Shown here: one piece after another, positions 22,045 through 35,064 of the stretch
Position numbering within the stretch: the stretch's first letter is position 1
How the letters are laid out: each line of letters begins with the position of its first letter
Assembly (NCBI GenBank): GCA_001244265.2
Contig: CDLV01000008.1
Location: forward strand, 1,736,001-1,800,000
DNA length: 64,000 bases
Origin: Microbotryum violaceum
Taxonomy: Eukaryota
Direction of reading: 5' to 3'
Made by a program: the position numbers and the translations under genes
The notes under the pieces: model-generated
Seen by the model: only the letters and a program-made list of their open reading frames with translations
What the model was told of the DNA's origin: nothing
Database searches by the model: none

Positions 22045-25000
22045 TTAGAAACCCCACCCATCCTCGTCCAACTCATCCCCAACCAAACCCCCTTCCAAAT
22101 CTTCCTCCACCTCCTCCTGCGCTCTTACTACCACAGGCTGCATCAACCCCATTTTGACGACCCCATCCTCAATAATAGGCAGAGGCGCACGCGAGAAATA
22201 ACCTTCTTCCTCATTCGCGCTCGTACCAATTCCCAATTCGGCCGCCGAGTCATCAAAGCCCCAACCTCCATCTTCTTCCTCTTCTTCATCAGCAGCTGTA
22301 GCACCCTCTTCCTCCTCGCTCGAAAGTGACGATCGTTCGTTCGTCGGTGTGGGAGGGAAGATGTCGTATTTACCTGTACCCTCAAGCTGCCGTGGGATTG
22401 CATGTCCCATATGAGCGACGATATCAGGTCTATGCGCCGTAGGGAGAGGGGAGTAGAGCGCTGTCGGCATGTGAGAGGTCGACGGCACGAGCGGAGCCGG
22501 TGGCGGGGCCGTCCCGACGGGGAGGGGGGAACGGATCGTCGGGGAGAGAGCAGAGGTCGAGGACAGGTTCAGGTTCTTCATCGCCAGTCGTGAGAGAGGA
22601 GGTGGAGCAAACATGCGGGTCGGAGTAGCCACTGGAACAGGACCAGCTGTCGCAGCGGCCGGGGAAGCTGGAGAAGGTGAAGATTGAGGCGGGGACGGAG
22701 GTGAGAAGACGTGCTCCTGCGTCGGTGAAGGGATAGAGAGGTTGTCCGAGAAGCCCCAGCCGTCATCCTCGATCACTTGGTCCATCTCGTCCTCCTCTTG
22801 GACGGGTTCGTCCTTCGACTCGGGCTCTTCGACCTCCGGCTCAGGCTCAGGCTCGACGCGTTCCTCTTCTTCCTCCTGCTCGACCTCGGACTCGGGCTCG
22901 AAAACCTCCTCGACCGCAGGCTGAGGATACTCCACCTCGACAATCGAAGGGTGCTGCGAAGCGTTCGACGAAGTCGGCGGCGAAACGAGGATCGGCGACT
23001 CGGTCGAAGACGAGAAAGCACGGATTTCATGTTGTTCTTCAAAGTGCGTTGCACCGTGCTCGATTGGTCCTAGGGGGGTTTGAGCTTCCAGATCCGCTTC
23101 CTCGTCAATGTCCAAAGGCGTATCATCGGTCGGCCACCCCTCTTCTTCATCTTCAAGATCGTGATCATGGGCCCGCTCCACCGACTCATCATGCACGACA
23201 ATCGAGTTCTCCGCCGACGTAGCATCGTGCTCGAACGAAGCCCCCCCACTCTCAGATTGGTCGAACGACCAACCGACTTCTTCCTCCTCCACATCGGGCT
23301 GCGTTTCTTCCCTCACCCTCTCCGACTCGCTCGCCTCCTCCCGTTCTCTCGCCAACACGCTCCCCATCAAAGGTGGAGGCGAATACGACAACACCTTCGG
23401 CACCGCTGCAATCGTAGGTGATGAAGCGACCAATTGGTCGAATTCGAACGGGTCCGAATGATGCTTCGAATGCTGGGCCGTCATCGGTGGTGCAGCCAGA
23501 GGGGTTTGAGGGGACGTGAAAGTCGATGGTGGCATCGACGAAGACGACGTGGACATGGTCGTCGATGCTTCAGCGGCCACGCGAGCTGCTTCAGCTTCAT
23601 CGAGAGAGGATGTCGTCGCAACTGCTGATTCGAGATCGTCCAATATCGCTGTGGGCATCGGATCACTAGCCACGGACCCCTGTGTCGAGAACACGGGGTT
23701 GATCAATATCGATCCTTGACGAGGTCTTTGGCGTTCTTGGTCGTCGAACAAGGACGCGTTCGAAGGGATTGGGGAAGAGGTTTCAATGGATTCTTCCTCG
23801 GATAAAGCGACGCGTTCGACTTCCAACCCGATCGAGTCCTCTTCGTCGACCGCTTCCTCATCCGTGGGCTCCACCTCGGGTTCAGAAGCAAGCTCCGCAG
23901 GCTGCGCTTCCTCAGGAAGAGGAGACAAAGGTCCATTCTCCAACTCCAACTCGATACCCCAGTCGTCCTCGCCTCCCGATACAGATCCGGATCCTAAGAT
24001 TCCGCTCGTTCGAGCACCCGATGCACTGCTGTACGAACCCGTACGTGGTCGACCCAGTGATGTCGTCTCTACGGCCCCCGCCCCGTCCTCGTCCTCGGGT
24101 TGCGATTCGGCCTCTTCCTCTTCGCGAGAAAATCTCAACGTCGGCAGAGGTGGGGATATTTTTGGTTTCGGCGACGGCGAGGAACGAGCCAAGGTCGTGG
24201 TCGGCTGAACGTGCTGAGCAACGGGTACGACGGTCGGTGGTGGTGAGAAGCTAGGGATCGGTGAACTTTGTTGAGGCGAAATGACACCTGATCTGCGAAA
24301 CGGTTGGGGCATCGAAGGTGGGGAGACGACGTTCCTCACGGGAGGGGGAGAAACGACGCTTCTCATAGGAGGGGGTGAGATGACATTCCTATTCGACGGA
24401 GGCGGAGGTGGTGGTGAAGCCAACCCTCTCAAAGAGGGTGACGCCAACTCATGCATCGAAGGCGAAGGCGACGGTGAACCCCTTCCGATCGGATGTAAAG
24501 GAGGTGACGACATCCCTCTGGGCGCAGGCGACCCCCGCATCTGGGGAGGCGGGGAGACGACCCCTCGACTCGCGAAGGGAGGTGGAGGCGGTGAAATCAC
24601 TCCACGACTACTGAACGCGGGGGACGCGGTCCGAGCGCTAGGGGATGTACTTCGTCCAGGGGATTGGATAGGGGAGATCGTCCCTGCTCTGATGCGGGGT
24701 GATGCACCTGCTCGAGAGCCCGAGGCGGCACTGAATGCGCTTGATGCCCGAGGTGGGGGAGGCACACCTCCTGACGAACTCGATGAGGACGGCGTAGGTG
24801 ATAAGACGCGAGCAGCAGCTGACATCGCTTTTGGCGGAGGTGAAACGACAGCACGAGATGCTAGGACTCGAGGAGGTGACGCAACGGCGATCGGTCGGGC
24901 GGGAGCTAAAGCGATCTTGGGTTTGGGAGCCGCCGGAGAAGATAAAGCGACAACGACGGTGGGTGAGGCAGGCTTCGGTGCGCGTTGTTGCACCGGCACA

Positions 25001-28000
25001 GGGACCCTTTTCGCGCCGAGTCGAGACGTCCGAGGAGGTGCGATTTGAACAACCGGCTTGGGCTTGTCCTCCACGACAGTGGGTTTAGCGACCGGTTTAA
25101 CAACCGCTTCATCGTCGTCCAAAAGACCCCAAGGATCATCCACGACCTTCTCCTCGGTCTTGATCGATGGGACTAGCTCCTCCTTCTTCAGCTCGGGAAT
25201 GGTATCGAAACTTGCGTCCAATCCCGGATCGATGACAGGGGATTTGGCATCTTCAACGACCTCTGGCTCCGACGTCGGAACGACAATCTCGTCCTTGATC
25301 TCGAACCCCTCATCGAACCCCCAAGCTTCTGTCGTAGCGCTCGGAGGCGAAGGTGGTAAAAGAGGTTCAGGCCGCGAAATTCTCGCCGCTCCAAGGCTGA
25401 TCTTGCCCGACCTGACCACAGGTGGTGCTGTGACAGGCGAGGCAGGCGGCGAAGCTTCTCTAGCCGAAGGCTGGACCCTACTCGGAGTCGAATTGACCGC
25501 ACCCGCTCTTCGAACAGGAGAACCTAACCCGGCTGACCCACTACCCATGATGACGTTTCTGGATCGACTCGAGCCCGACGGTGGTGTCGAAGGTCTCGAG
25601 TACCCACCGTCGGTGGTGGTCGTTTCGTCATCGTCGTTGGGAATGTTCGTAGGGTGACCATTGAGAATGTGTTCGAGGTTGCGGTTGCGTAGAGGCGAGT
25701 CGGAGAATAGGGCTCGGACGAGCTTCGCAATCGCGGACGGTTCAAAATCGACCAGATGGCCATTGTCGAAGAGGAAGAGGATGTCGGCCTGTGGGTGATG
25801 ACTTCCGCCCAATTAGCTGACTCTGCTGCATTGCGAGGTTGGACGGCATCAAGTAACTCACCATCGATGCCTCGAGCAACTCGGACAAGAACACGAATTT
25901 GAACCAGACGGGCACCTCTCGTCCCACAGAAGTCTGTACGATCGACATCGAACAAATCGATTCGTCAGATTTCTCCGGCCCCCAAAACATGTGTCGAATG
26001 GAGAATCACTCACAGCACCCTCGTCGAACAAGTCCTCCAACCCATGCAACATCTTGCACAACTTGTTGAGTCGGATCGACTCTTCCTCCGAGATGTCCAA
26101 CTGCCCCTCTATCTCGTCTAATACGCGTAAGAGGACGTCGTTGACCAATGAACCGAGGGTCGTGTAGAGGAAGGTCGGGTTCGTTACGGGCTGTTGAGGT
26201 AAGAGGATCAGTGTCAGTTTCAACGTCGCATGCTTGGATCCCCATGCCTAGCCAGGAGACGGACCTTCCACTCCTCAACCACGCTCCTCAATACATCCAT
26301 TACCTTCCGCACGGCTTCCTCACAAGCCTTATACACCGCATCATCAGCCGTATACAAGAACGCTCCCGCCTCGTCCAAGTGATCCATCAACTCTTCCTTC
26401 TTCTTCATCACCCAACGATTCTGCATCTCCTTACTCATCCTTCGGGTGGCGGCAATCGCTTGTTGGACGTCTTTCGATTGCTCGAGGGTGAAGGACGACT
26501 CGACTTGGGTCCAGGTTGAGGCGATATGAGTAGCGATGTAGTCGAGGTCGTTCGAGAACTGCAAAGTAAGTGCTGACGAGGAGGAGAGTCTCGAATGATG
26601 GTGCACGGGCGCTGTCGCTCGATAGAGGGCCAGGATCGATACGAAGGCTTTGAGCAACAAGTTTGACGAATTGGCAAAAGTCGGAAAGGGGAACGAAGGC
26701 GAGGCCACTTTGACGGCTTCGTCCAGAATCCTCCGAGCGACTTGTAGTATCGCTTCACACCGTTTCGACACAAGGTATTGTTCGATCCGTGTAGGAGGAA
26801 CACCACCTGCCTCTACCGGCACCTCGTCCACTTGAACCTCCACATCCCTCTTCTCCCCCTCCCATTCCTCATCACCGACAATCGCCTTTCTCGCGTCGAC
26901 CAGCGCCTGATCACCTACGAATTTCGCCCAATGACGATCGACACGCTCGATCCAGTCACGTATGACGCGACGTTCTTCGACTTCGGGTCCGGCGGTGGAG
27001 GGGAGGAAACTGAAGTAGCCGTTCGAGTCGAGGAAGTCGGCTTCGAAGGTGCGCGCGGCGTCGAGGACGGAGAGGTAGGATTCGAGGTGGGCCGAGCTGG
27101 AGGGGAGGGAGGGCAAGAGGTGCGACGAGACGACGAGTGATTGCAAGGTCGGTGTCAGATGTTGGGTGAAGGTTGATGCATAAGGCGAAGGTGGCAAGAG
27201 CGAGGCGTGTTGACCAAAGAAAGCCAAAAAGGCGCCGAGATCCTTCAGGCACTCCTCGACGGAGGGAACCTCCTCCTCCCCATCAACGACAGGCTGCAAC
27301 GAGATCGTGATCGCTCCATCGAGTTCTCCAACTTCAGAATAGATGATCTCGGTCTTTCTCTTGCCCGCACCATTGCTCTCAAGGTAAGGCGCGACGATGT
27401 ACTTGATCGTTTGCTTGGCGATGCGCGTCAGATGGGTATCGACGGTGCGTTTGATGGGCTCGCCTTCCCTGCCCATGGCGTAGACGTGTTCGAGCGCGGC
27501 CCACAACTCCTCTACGGCGATGTAATCCCCTTTGGGTGCGGCCGAGATGGCGTTGCGGAGGTTGAGGGTCCATGCGGTGGTGGTGGTGGTGGTCGGATCG
27601 GCTTCCGTTGTCGAAGGGGACAAGAATTCAAAGCACGCCTCCAAGGATCCTGCTAATGCCCCCTCGAGGCGGACCTGCTCGTCCAAGGACCATCGCCGGA
27701 GTACGATGTAGGCTTCCGTCGAAGCAATCCACGGCTCGACACCTCTCGAGACATGGGATCGCAATGCGCTCAGGGCAGGTACGGCCGAGGGCAACGCTCC
27801 TTGGGTGATGAGGTCCGAGAGGGTGGCGACGGCGGTGTGCAGTTCGAGCAGGGTCGTGACAAGCTGGATCGTGTAGAGGTTCAGCTGGTGGGCTTGGGTG
27901 AGCTTGGAGTGCGAGGTGAGTTGCTCAATCAAGCCGGGCAAGAAGGCGTCCTGTGGCACGGTGATAAGTCGGAGTGGGGTCAGAAGGAGGGAAGGACTAA

Positions 28001-28554
28001 TGCGCTAATGCGCTAATGCGAGTTGTAGACTCACCTCCCCATCGAGCTCTTGTTGCAACGCGCCGATTTCGAGCTCCTGCTCTTCTATCCTCGCCAGCAA
28101 TTCTTTACCATCGGCGACCTGTTCTTGAAAGGCAGCCCAGTGGTGCTCCAACAATTTTCGGGTTTGGTCCTAAGGGAGCGAATGCTAGTCGTCAGCTGTG
28201 CCTCTGCCTACGCCAGCAGCTCTGCATGTATGCCTGACTGACGCTGACCTGCGCAATCTCGTGCTGTATCCTCCTCTGCAAGGCCAGGAGCGGTGGGGGC
28301 GCGCCTAGACTCGCTCTCCTCGCGCTGCTCGACGCCGACGATGGCGCGCCCGCCGCGCCGGGTGGAGGCCATACGAGAGCAGGTGACAAGTCGGCCGCTC
28401 CTACATCAGCCAGCCAAGTGGCGAGCGACTGGTCGGGAGGATGCTTCGTCGTTGGGGCTGCAAGAGTGGTACTCGTCGCGGTGGCTGAGACGGTGGCGGA
28501 GACGGTGGCGGAGATGGTGGCGGAGGGTCGCCGGGGCTGACTGGTCGCAGCCAT
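22045..28554 (-). CDS. ZW10/DSL1-family CATCHR tethering protein with a very long disordered C-terminal extension
   Basis: Family-typical segments ALYRATAPVHH...LQFSNDLDYIA, LDISEEESIRLNKLC and VPVWFKFVFLSELLEASMADILFLFDNGHLVDFEPSAIAKLVRALFSDSPLR. The last exon (25788-22045) continues open for about 1200 further codons. The 5' exon boundaries are less certain. Confidence 0.82.
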
Positions 28555-28954
28555 GACGTGTCTTGCGCGCGTGAGCCGGTCGACAGGTCCGATCAACGCT
28601 GCTGGACCTTACCCGCCTCGCCTTGGAGTCGGACTAGACCGTGAGGTGGGTGCGAGTGTGGGGTTATAAGCGGTGGGTGTAGCACGCTCGAGTGTGTGTG
28701 GCTCGGAGTGTGTGGGTGGGGGTGGGTGTACGCTGTTTGAAAGCCGAGAGCGCTCAGAGCCACTTGGGCCTCGCATTAGCGCATGAGCCAACGGAGGCCA
28801 ACGGTCGCTCAGCTGTTGTAATCGCAATTCCCGTTGGTGATAAGGGTCATCTCTTTTTGACTGGAATTCAAATTCTTATTCCTATCCTACCCCACGTTGC
28901 GCTTTCCCTGCGGGCTCCCCGGGGTCCTCCCCTCCTCTTTTCGAACCAGCCACC

Positions 28955-30769
28955 ATGAAAATCTTCACCACCTCGCACTGCTACTTCCCCTCCGCCTCCT
29001 CCGGCATCCCCGCGACGATCGAAGTCTGCTCCTCGACCGGTCTCGTCACTGCGATCCATCGCAACGTTCGCAAGAGTCGAGAAGAGTACCCCTACGTGAA
29101 CGACGAGGACTTTATCCATGTAGCGGACCAGTATTGGCTTCTACCTGGGGTGAGTCTTGTCAACAGACAGAGGCAGGAGCAAATGTCCACGTCCGCTTAC
29201 TCCGCTCTCCGCTCTCTTTCTCTCTCCTCGCTCAGCTCGTCGACGCTCATGTACACCTCAACGAACCCGGACGGACCGAATGGGAAGGTTTCGCCACCGG
29301 AACGGCCGTGGGTCCACTCCACTCATCAATCCCTCTCGTTCAGTCCTCCAACTCACTTTCCCCGCTCCCCGGAATAGGCCGCCGCGTCCGGAGGCGTGAC
29401 CACCGTCGTCGACATGCCTCTGAACGCGATCCCACCCACCACCACCGTTGATCATCTACGTCAAAAGTTGGAGGCTGCAAAGGGGCAATGTAGAATCGAT
29501 TGCGCATTCTATGGAGGCGTCATTCCCGGCAATCAGGTTGGTCCCCCAAGCAATTTGCCGGAAAACAGAGAATTTTTGTCCGCTGCTGAATTCTTCGTCC
29601 CCCACCCGCCACAGGACGATCTTGTCCCTTTGGCAAAAGAAGGTGTCAAAGGCTTCAAGTGCTTCCTCATCGAATCGGGCGTCGACGAATTCCCTTGCGT
29701 CAATGAGGAACAGGTCCTACTCGCCATGCCTAAAATAGTCGTCAGTCCTCTCCTCTCCGACAAAATTCCCCGCGTTCCCGGCTCGTAAACCTGACTGCCT
29801 GACTGTTGCTTTCCCTTCCCCCCCCCCCCCCCCCCCCGCCTCGTCCCCCAGGAAGCGAATTCACTCTTCCTATTCCACGCCGAACTCGACACCCCAACCG
29901 CCTCCCCCACCACCCCCTCATCACCCGACCCAAGATCCTACTCCACCTTTCTCTCCTCGCGTCCGCCCTCCCTCGAAGAATCCGCCATATCCCTCATCCT
30001 CCGTACAGCGCGCCAACACCCATCCCTACGCACGCACATCGTGCACCTCTCCGCAGCGTCCGCGATCCCAGCTTTAAGAAAAGCTCGTAGGGAAGAACGA
30101 TTAAAGCTCAGCATCGAAACCTGTTTTCATTACCTCGTCTTGACGGCCGAACAAATTTCAAAAGGCAAGACGCTTTATAAATGTTGTCCACCGATTAGGG
30201 AAGCGATCAATCGAGATGGGTTGTGGAAAGCTTTGATTGAAGGGGATATTGATTTCGTCGTATCGGATCATTCACCTTGCGTGACTGAACTCAAACGATT
30301 AGAAGAGGGTGATTTCATGAAAGCTTGGGGAGGGATCGGTGGATTGGGTTTGGGATTGAGTTTGTTGGTGACGGAGGGGAAGAGGAGAGGGGTTGGGATG
30401 GAGAAAGTTTTGGAATGGGTTTGTGAGAAACCTGCTAGGCAGGTAGGGTTGGAGCGGAGTAAAGGGAGGATTCAAGTTGGTGGTGACGCTGATTTTGTGG
30501 TGTTTGACCCGCGGATGAAGTTTACGGTCCGTTCGACTGGTTCCCTCTTCTGCAGAAGGATCATCATCAACCGCACTGACACCCAAACCCACTTTTTTCT
30601 CTCGTTACAGGTCAACAAGTCCGAATTGCACTTCAAGAACCGTTCAAGTCCTTACGAAGGCTTGGAACTCGAAGGTGCGGTCATCAAGACCTACCTCCGC
30701 GGTCAACTCGTTCATGATCGCGAGAACGGGTTCAAAGGAATCGAACCGAGCGGGAAAATGTTGTTGTAG
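28955..30769 (+). CDS. DAL1: Allantoinase (amidohydrolase superfamily)
   Basis: [85 protein letters not shown], AWGGI and DADFVVFDP, spread over about 6 exons. Confidence 0.93.
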
Positions 30770-30793
30770 GGTCGAATGATATATATATATATA

Positions 30794-30830
30794 CTAGGGC
30801 TCGGGAGGCGCTTCGCGCCCACCTCACTGC
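30794..30830 (-). mobile_element. Helitron-like 3' terminus (hairpin plus CTAG) next to a (TA)n run
   Basis: The minus strand reads GGTGGGCGC-GAA-GCGCCTCCCGAGCC-CTAG|TATATATA: a GC hairpin about 10 nt before CTAG, followed by T. The 5' end was not identified. Confidence 0.5.
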
Positions 30831-31093
30831 GTAAATGAAGGCCGTTTGCGAGCTCCGCCCGCACCTCCCGGACCGTGAGTTCGGCGCGCGCGCGCCTGAG
30901 AACCTTGTTTTGTCGTGCACAATTTTATGTAGATGAAGATTATTTAATGTAGAATGTACTGCTGCTGGAAGGTGGTAAGAAAAGAATTGTGTGAATCGAT
31001 TGCTAGGTGGGGTGGTCGTACAACAAAACAAAACACAGGCATCGACGAAAAGACGAAGAAGAGAAAGTGCACATCCACACCGACGCAGAAAGC

Positions 31094-34000
31094 TCATGTC
31101 GAAATGTACTGAAAGCACGCCGTGACCGTGTCCAAACCCGTTTCGGCCCTCAACAGATCATCATGGATATTCGCGAGACAGGTGTTACTCAAATGGTTCC
31201 ACCTGTGGGTGTACAATCATGGAGGTTACGCATCAGCGTTTTCATTGAAGGAGATAATGACGCAAAGGTATCAATCGAAGTGGTGTACGCACGTGCTTGT
31301 GTCACCGTACAACATCGCGGGCGATTTGAGCATTTGTTTGCCGTTCTTGCAGCGCTTGCATTTGAAGAGCTCGTGCGTCTGAACACGGTCATATGTCAGC
31401 CTCAAGACCCAAATCGTTCTCCGGCTCGATTATACGGGGACGCACCTCGCATTTCGACTCTTTGTACTGGAACAATTGACGCAGGTTATCACCCGAGTAA
31501 TGGCGCTCAATATCCTCGTTCGAATCAACAACGCAGGAGGAGAGGTTCTGCTTGTGCGATTGGCGCTGGAAGACTGCGGACCAAGGATCAACGAGGGGTA
31601 CTGATCAGCATCATCGCATCGCACCGCACAATCTGACAATGAGAACAAAGTTCACTCTTTTCCTCAACCGTTCCAGTCGCGACGAAACGATAGACGAAAC
31701 CTGTGAGCAGAAGGCGTGATTCTGCGATGAGTGAAGGAACGACACAATCTTGAGATCGCGAAGCACAGTGGGGGCTCACAGTTCTTCTTCTGCCCATCGC
31801 GCCACACACGAGCGAGGGCTTGCATATCCGAGGCCGGATTCCAATCTGCCGATGCAGCGTGATGAGGACCCGTCACTATGGATGATCCGACGGGTTCAAG
31901 GTATTTCACGCGAGACTGACCAGGATCAAACAGAATAAGTCGATTCGCGCCAATCAAGTTGATACCACAGCCTCCCGCCTTGGACGACAACAAAAAGACG
32001 AGTTCTTTCCCCTCCGGATCGTTGAATCGATCGACCAACTTCTGCCTCTTGTCTGTGCTCATAGTTCCATCGAGCCTCAAAAACCCATACTTTCGAGTAG
32101 AGCACAATTGACCGAGGACGTCGAGCGTTTGGGTAAAGTTACTGATGAGGACGATCTTGTCATTCGTGTCGCGACGCATCTTCTCGAGGAACCGATCGAC
32201 GACGGCGAGCTTGCCCGATAACTCAGTTTGGAGAATCTTGTAGCGTGAACGCTTCTCGCGAGGATCGTAGCCCGGTGGGAAGAGGTCTTCGACGTTGGGG
32301 AAGTCTTCGTCGAAGTCGAGCAGGTCGGGGTGGTTGCACAACTTGCGGAGGATCGTGATCGCCTTGAGGGGTTGCGAGCCTTGACCGCGCAGCAATTTCT
32401 TCGTCTCGGGAGCATGCATGAAGCGTTGGTACAAGGCGAGTTGGAATGGCGACAAGGCGCAAAAGACAACGTGTTCGTACTTGACGGGAAGGTACTTGGA
32501 CAAGAGGTCGTTCGTACGTCGGATGATGAACTTGTTGACTTTGGTGCTCAGCTCCTTCAATTTCTCGGTGCCGACCTCTTGTTGCTTCTCCGTTGCTTCA
32601 CCATCCCGACCGCGCAGGATCGGCATCTCGTAGCACTTGTGGAAATCTTGTTTCGTACCGAGGTAGCCGGGATTGCAGAACGATAGCAGGCTGAAATACT
32701 CGTTCAAGTCATTCTGTTGAGTTAGGTGCGATCCTGGTCAACGCGCTGCGGGCGGGATCGTCGTCAAGCGCACACCTGTGTACGGACCTGAATTGGTGTC
32801 CCAGTGAGAATGACGCGACGCTTGCAGTTGATCGACATGAGAGCCGTGTAAGTTTGATTGTCTGCGGCAGTGGCCCAGGGAAGGGGTTAGAGCATTACCA
32901 CTCGCGGTGTGATGAAGCCTCCACGTACCCGAATTTTTGAGACGATGCCCTTCATCGGCGAGTAGCAGCCCAATCTCGGTTTGCCCCAGTTCATCTGTTA
33001 ACGACCGAAGCCGTTCGTACGAGACGATGACAACTGTCCGGGCAGAAAACGTTGTCAGAGGATTGAACGAATCACGAGGAACAAGAGGATAGTTGTGGCC
33101 TACTGGGCGTGACGACGCTCTTGCCCTTACTCGAACACCACTGCCTGATCTGCGCCAGGTTGTCCGCGGCCGAGGTCTTGCCGTCGATCGCCATGGGAGA
33201 GACGGCCCCTTCGCCAAGCCATTTCACTGTTGGAGCAGCATCATGACGTGAGCATCCTCGTTCGCTAACAAAATCAAGATGAATGAACTTACCCAACTCG
33301 TTGGCCCAGTTACGCACAAGCGAAGACGGGCACACGACGATGGCCTTGTCGATGGCCGGTCGATTCGCAATAGGCGATTGCTTGAGCAATGTCCACATGA
33401 GCGTAATGCATTGTAGCTGCGGCGATACGGATGTAACCCTATTAGAGATCGCTTCAAGCCAATTAAGCCTTACCCAATACTTACCGTTTTGCCGAGACCC
33501 ATCTCATCGGCCATGATACAGCTGTTGTGAACATCGCGCAAGAAAAAGACCGCATCAGTTTCAGAGCGAAATATTTCACGACTTGGCGAAGGCGCACCCA
33601 TGAGCATTCTCATCCGTCATTCCCGTAACGCAGCGATACAAGAACTTGACGCCTTCTACTTGATGCGGTCGCAGGACCTTGCCGACCCTCGGATCAATAA
33701 CGACGGGAACTTTCATCTTCTTCTTGGCGTCCGCATCGAGCTTGACGATGCCGAGGATTTCGGCCAGACTGCGATGGTACTTGCGGCGCTCGATTTCGGC
33801 TTCAGCTTCGGCTCGAGCCAATTCGGCGTCGTCGGCGTTGTCACGTTCAAGTTGGAGTAGGCGCTGCTTCTCGGCTTCTCTTTCAGCTTCGCGGTCATCG
33901 ATCGTAGGATCCCAGAGCACGACGGCGTGGTCTTCTAAAGGGTCGAACAAAGGTCGAGGGAGAACGTCTCCGACCCGTCGTGTCCCCAGAGGAAGATTCG

Positions 34001-34735
34001 ACGGTCGAGTCTCGACGAGTTGACCCTTGCGTTTCATCCCGGGGATCGAGAAACCCTTGTTCAAGGATTGTTCAGGTGTTTTGGGTCGAAAAACGGGGAA
34101 TCGTTGCGGTGCCGAAGGGGGAACATAACGATCGACGAAGCCTCCTCTTCCTTTCTTGCCATCGTCTGAATCATCCTCCGCGGCAGCCTTGGCTTCAGCG
34201 GCGGCTTTCTTGGCCTCCTTGCGAGCCTTTTTCGCCGCGAGTGGGTCGTACTCGTTGCTGGTGGTGAGGTCGTCGTAAAAGGTGTTTTCGTCGTATTCGC
34301 GCTCGCGCTTCTGGCCCGGGATGTGGGACTTTGATCGAGATCCACCGAGCTGCCTCGACCGCGTCGAGGTGGTCGATGCTGGAACCTTGAAGGCTGTTGG
34401 ATAGAGGCATGTTAGCACTGAGTTTGGGGCGAAACTGCCTCCACGCACTCACGTTTCAAGGTCGGGGTCCCGAAACCACCTCCCGAGGCTCTGAGGGCGG
34501 CTGCATTTTGGGGTGAGTCGGAGGTGCTAGGGTCGCCGCCCGCTTTGATGGAGGCCAGAAAGGACCTTCGCCTGATGGAATGGGACAGATGATCATATAC
34601 GTTCGATGCCAGGTGTGGTGCAACGAGAGAGAGAGGCGGGGTGAGCGATGCCGAAGCGAATGGCGCCACCGCACCACCACGCTCCACTCATGCGAACACA
34701 TCCCAGTGCATGACCCATGACGGGATGACTTACAT
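31094..34735 (-). CDS. RAD54: DNA repair and recombination SNF2-family translocase Rad54
   Basis: MRRSFLAS...KPFKVP N-terminus; [103 protein letters not shown]-terminal HELFKCKRC...WNH. Many introns. Confidence 0.95.
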
Positions 34736-35064
34736 CTTGATGACGCGTGAGTTGTCGAGTGGGTGCACACAAAGTGGAGAAGCCAAAGTCGGCTGCGTGG
34801 AGCAAGTGTCTCCTGACTGACTCGGTTGCGCAGAAGCCACCGCGAGGCGTGATGTCAACAAGCCCACGCGTCGCGCGCGCGTCTGCCGCTGTCTGCCGTC
34901 GGAGTCGAGTGGGTCCGTGCGCAAGTTGACTTGTGGCTTCCCACACGACGCTCGTTTGCTAATCGCGCTTTGCTTACTCGCCCTATTCGCCTCTTCGCTA
35001 TATACTGCCATCTGCACCGCTCACTGGCCTCACCGCTCACCCACCACTCCACCTCCCACCGGTG
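34736..35064. promoter_or_regulatory. Putative bidirectional RAD54/RAD52 promoter with MCB-like ACGCGT elements
   Basis: 329-bp divergent intergenic region with ACGCGT at 34743-34748 and 34866-34871, plus a CGCG run at 34872-34881. Confidence 0.55.

Noticed and set aside
27997-28020. (CTAATGCG)3 repeat
   Set aside because: Short slippage repeat inside a ZW10 intron; no evidence of function.
29819-29837. Long poly-C run
   Set aside because: Lies in the pyrimidine tract of an allantoinase intron and does not affect the frame.
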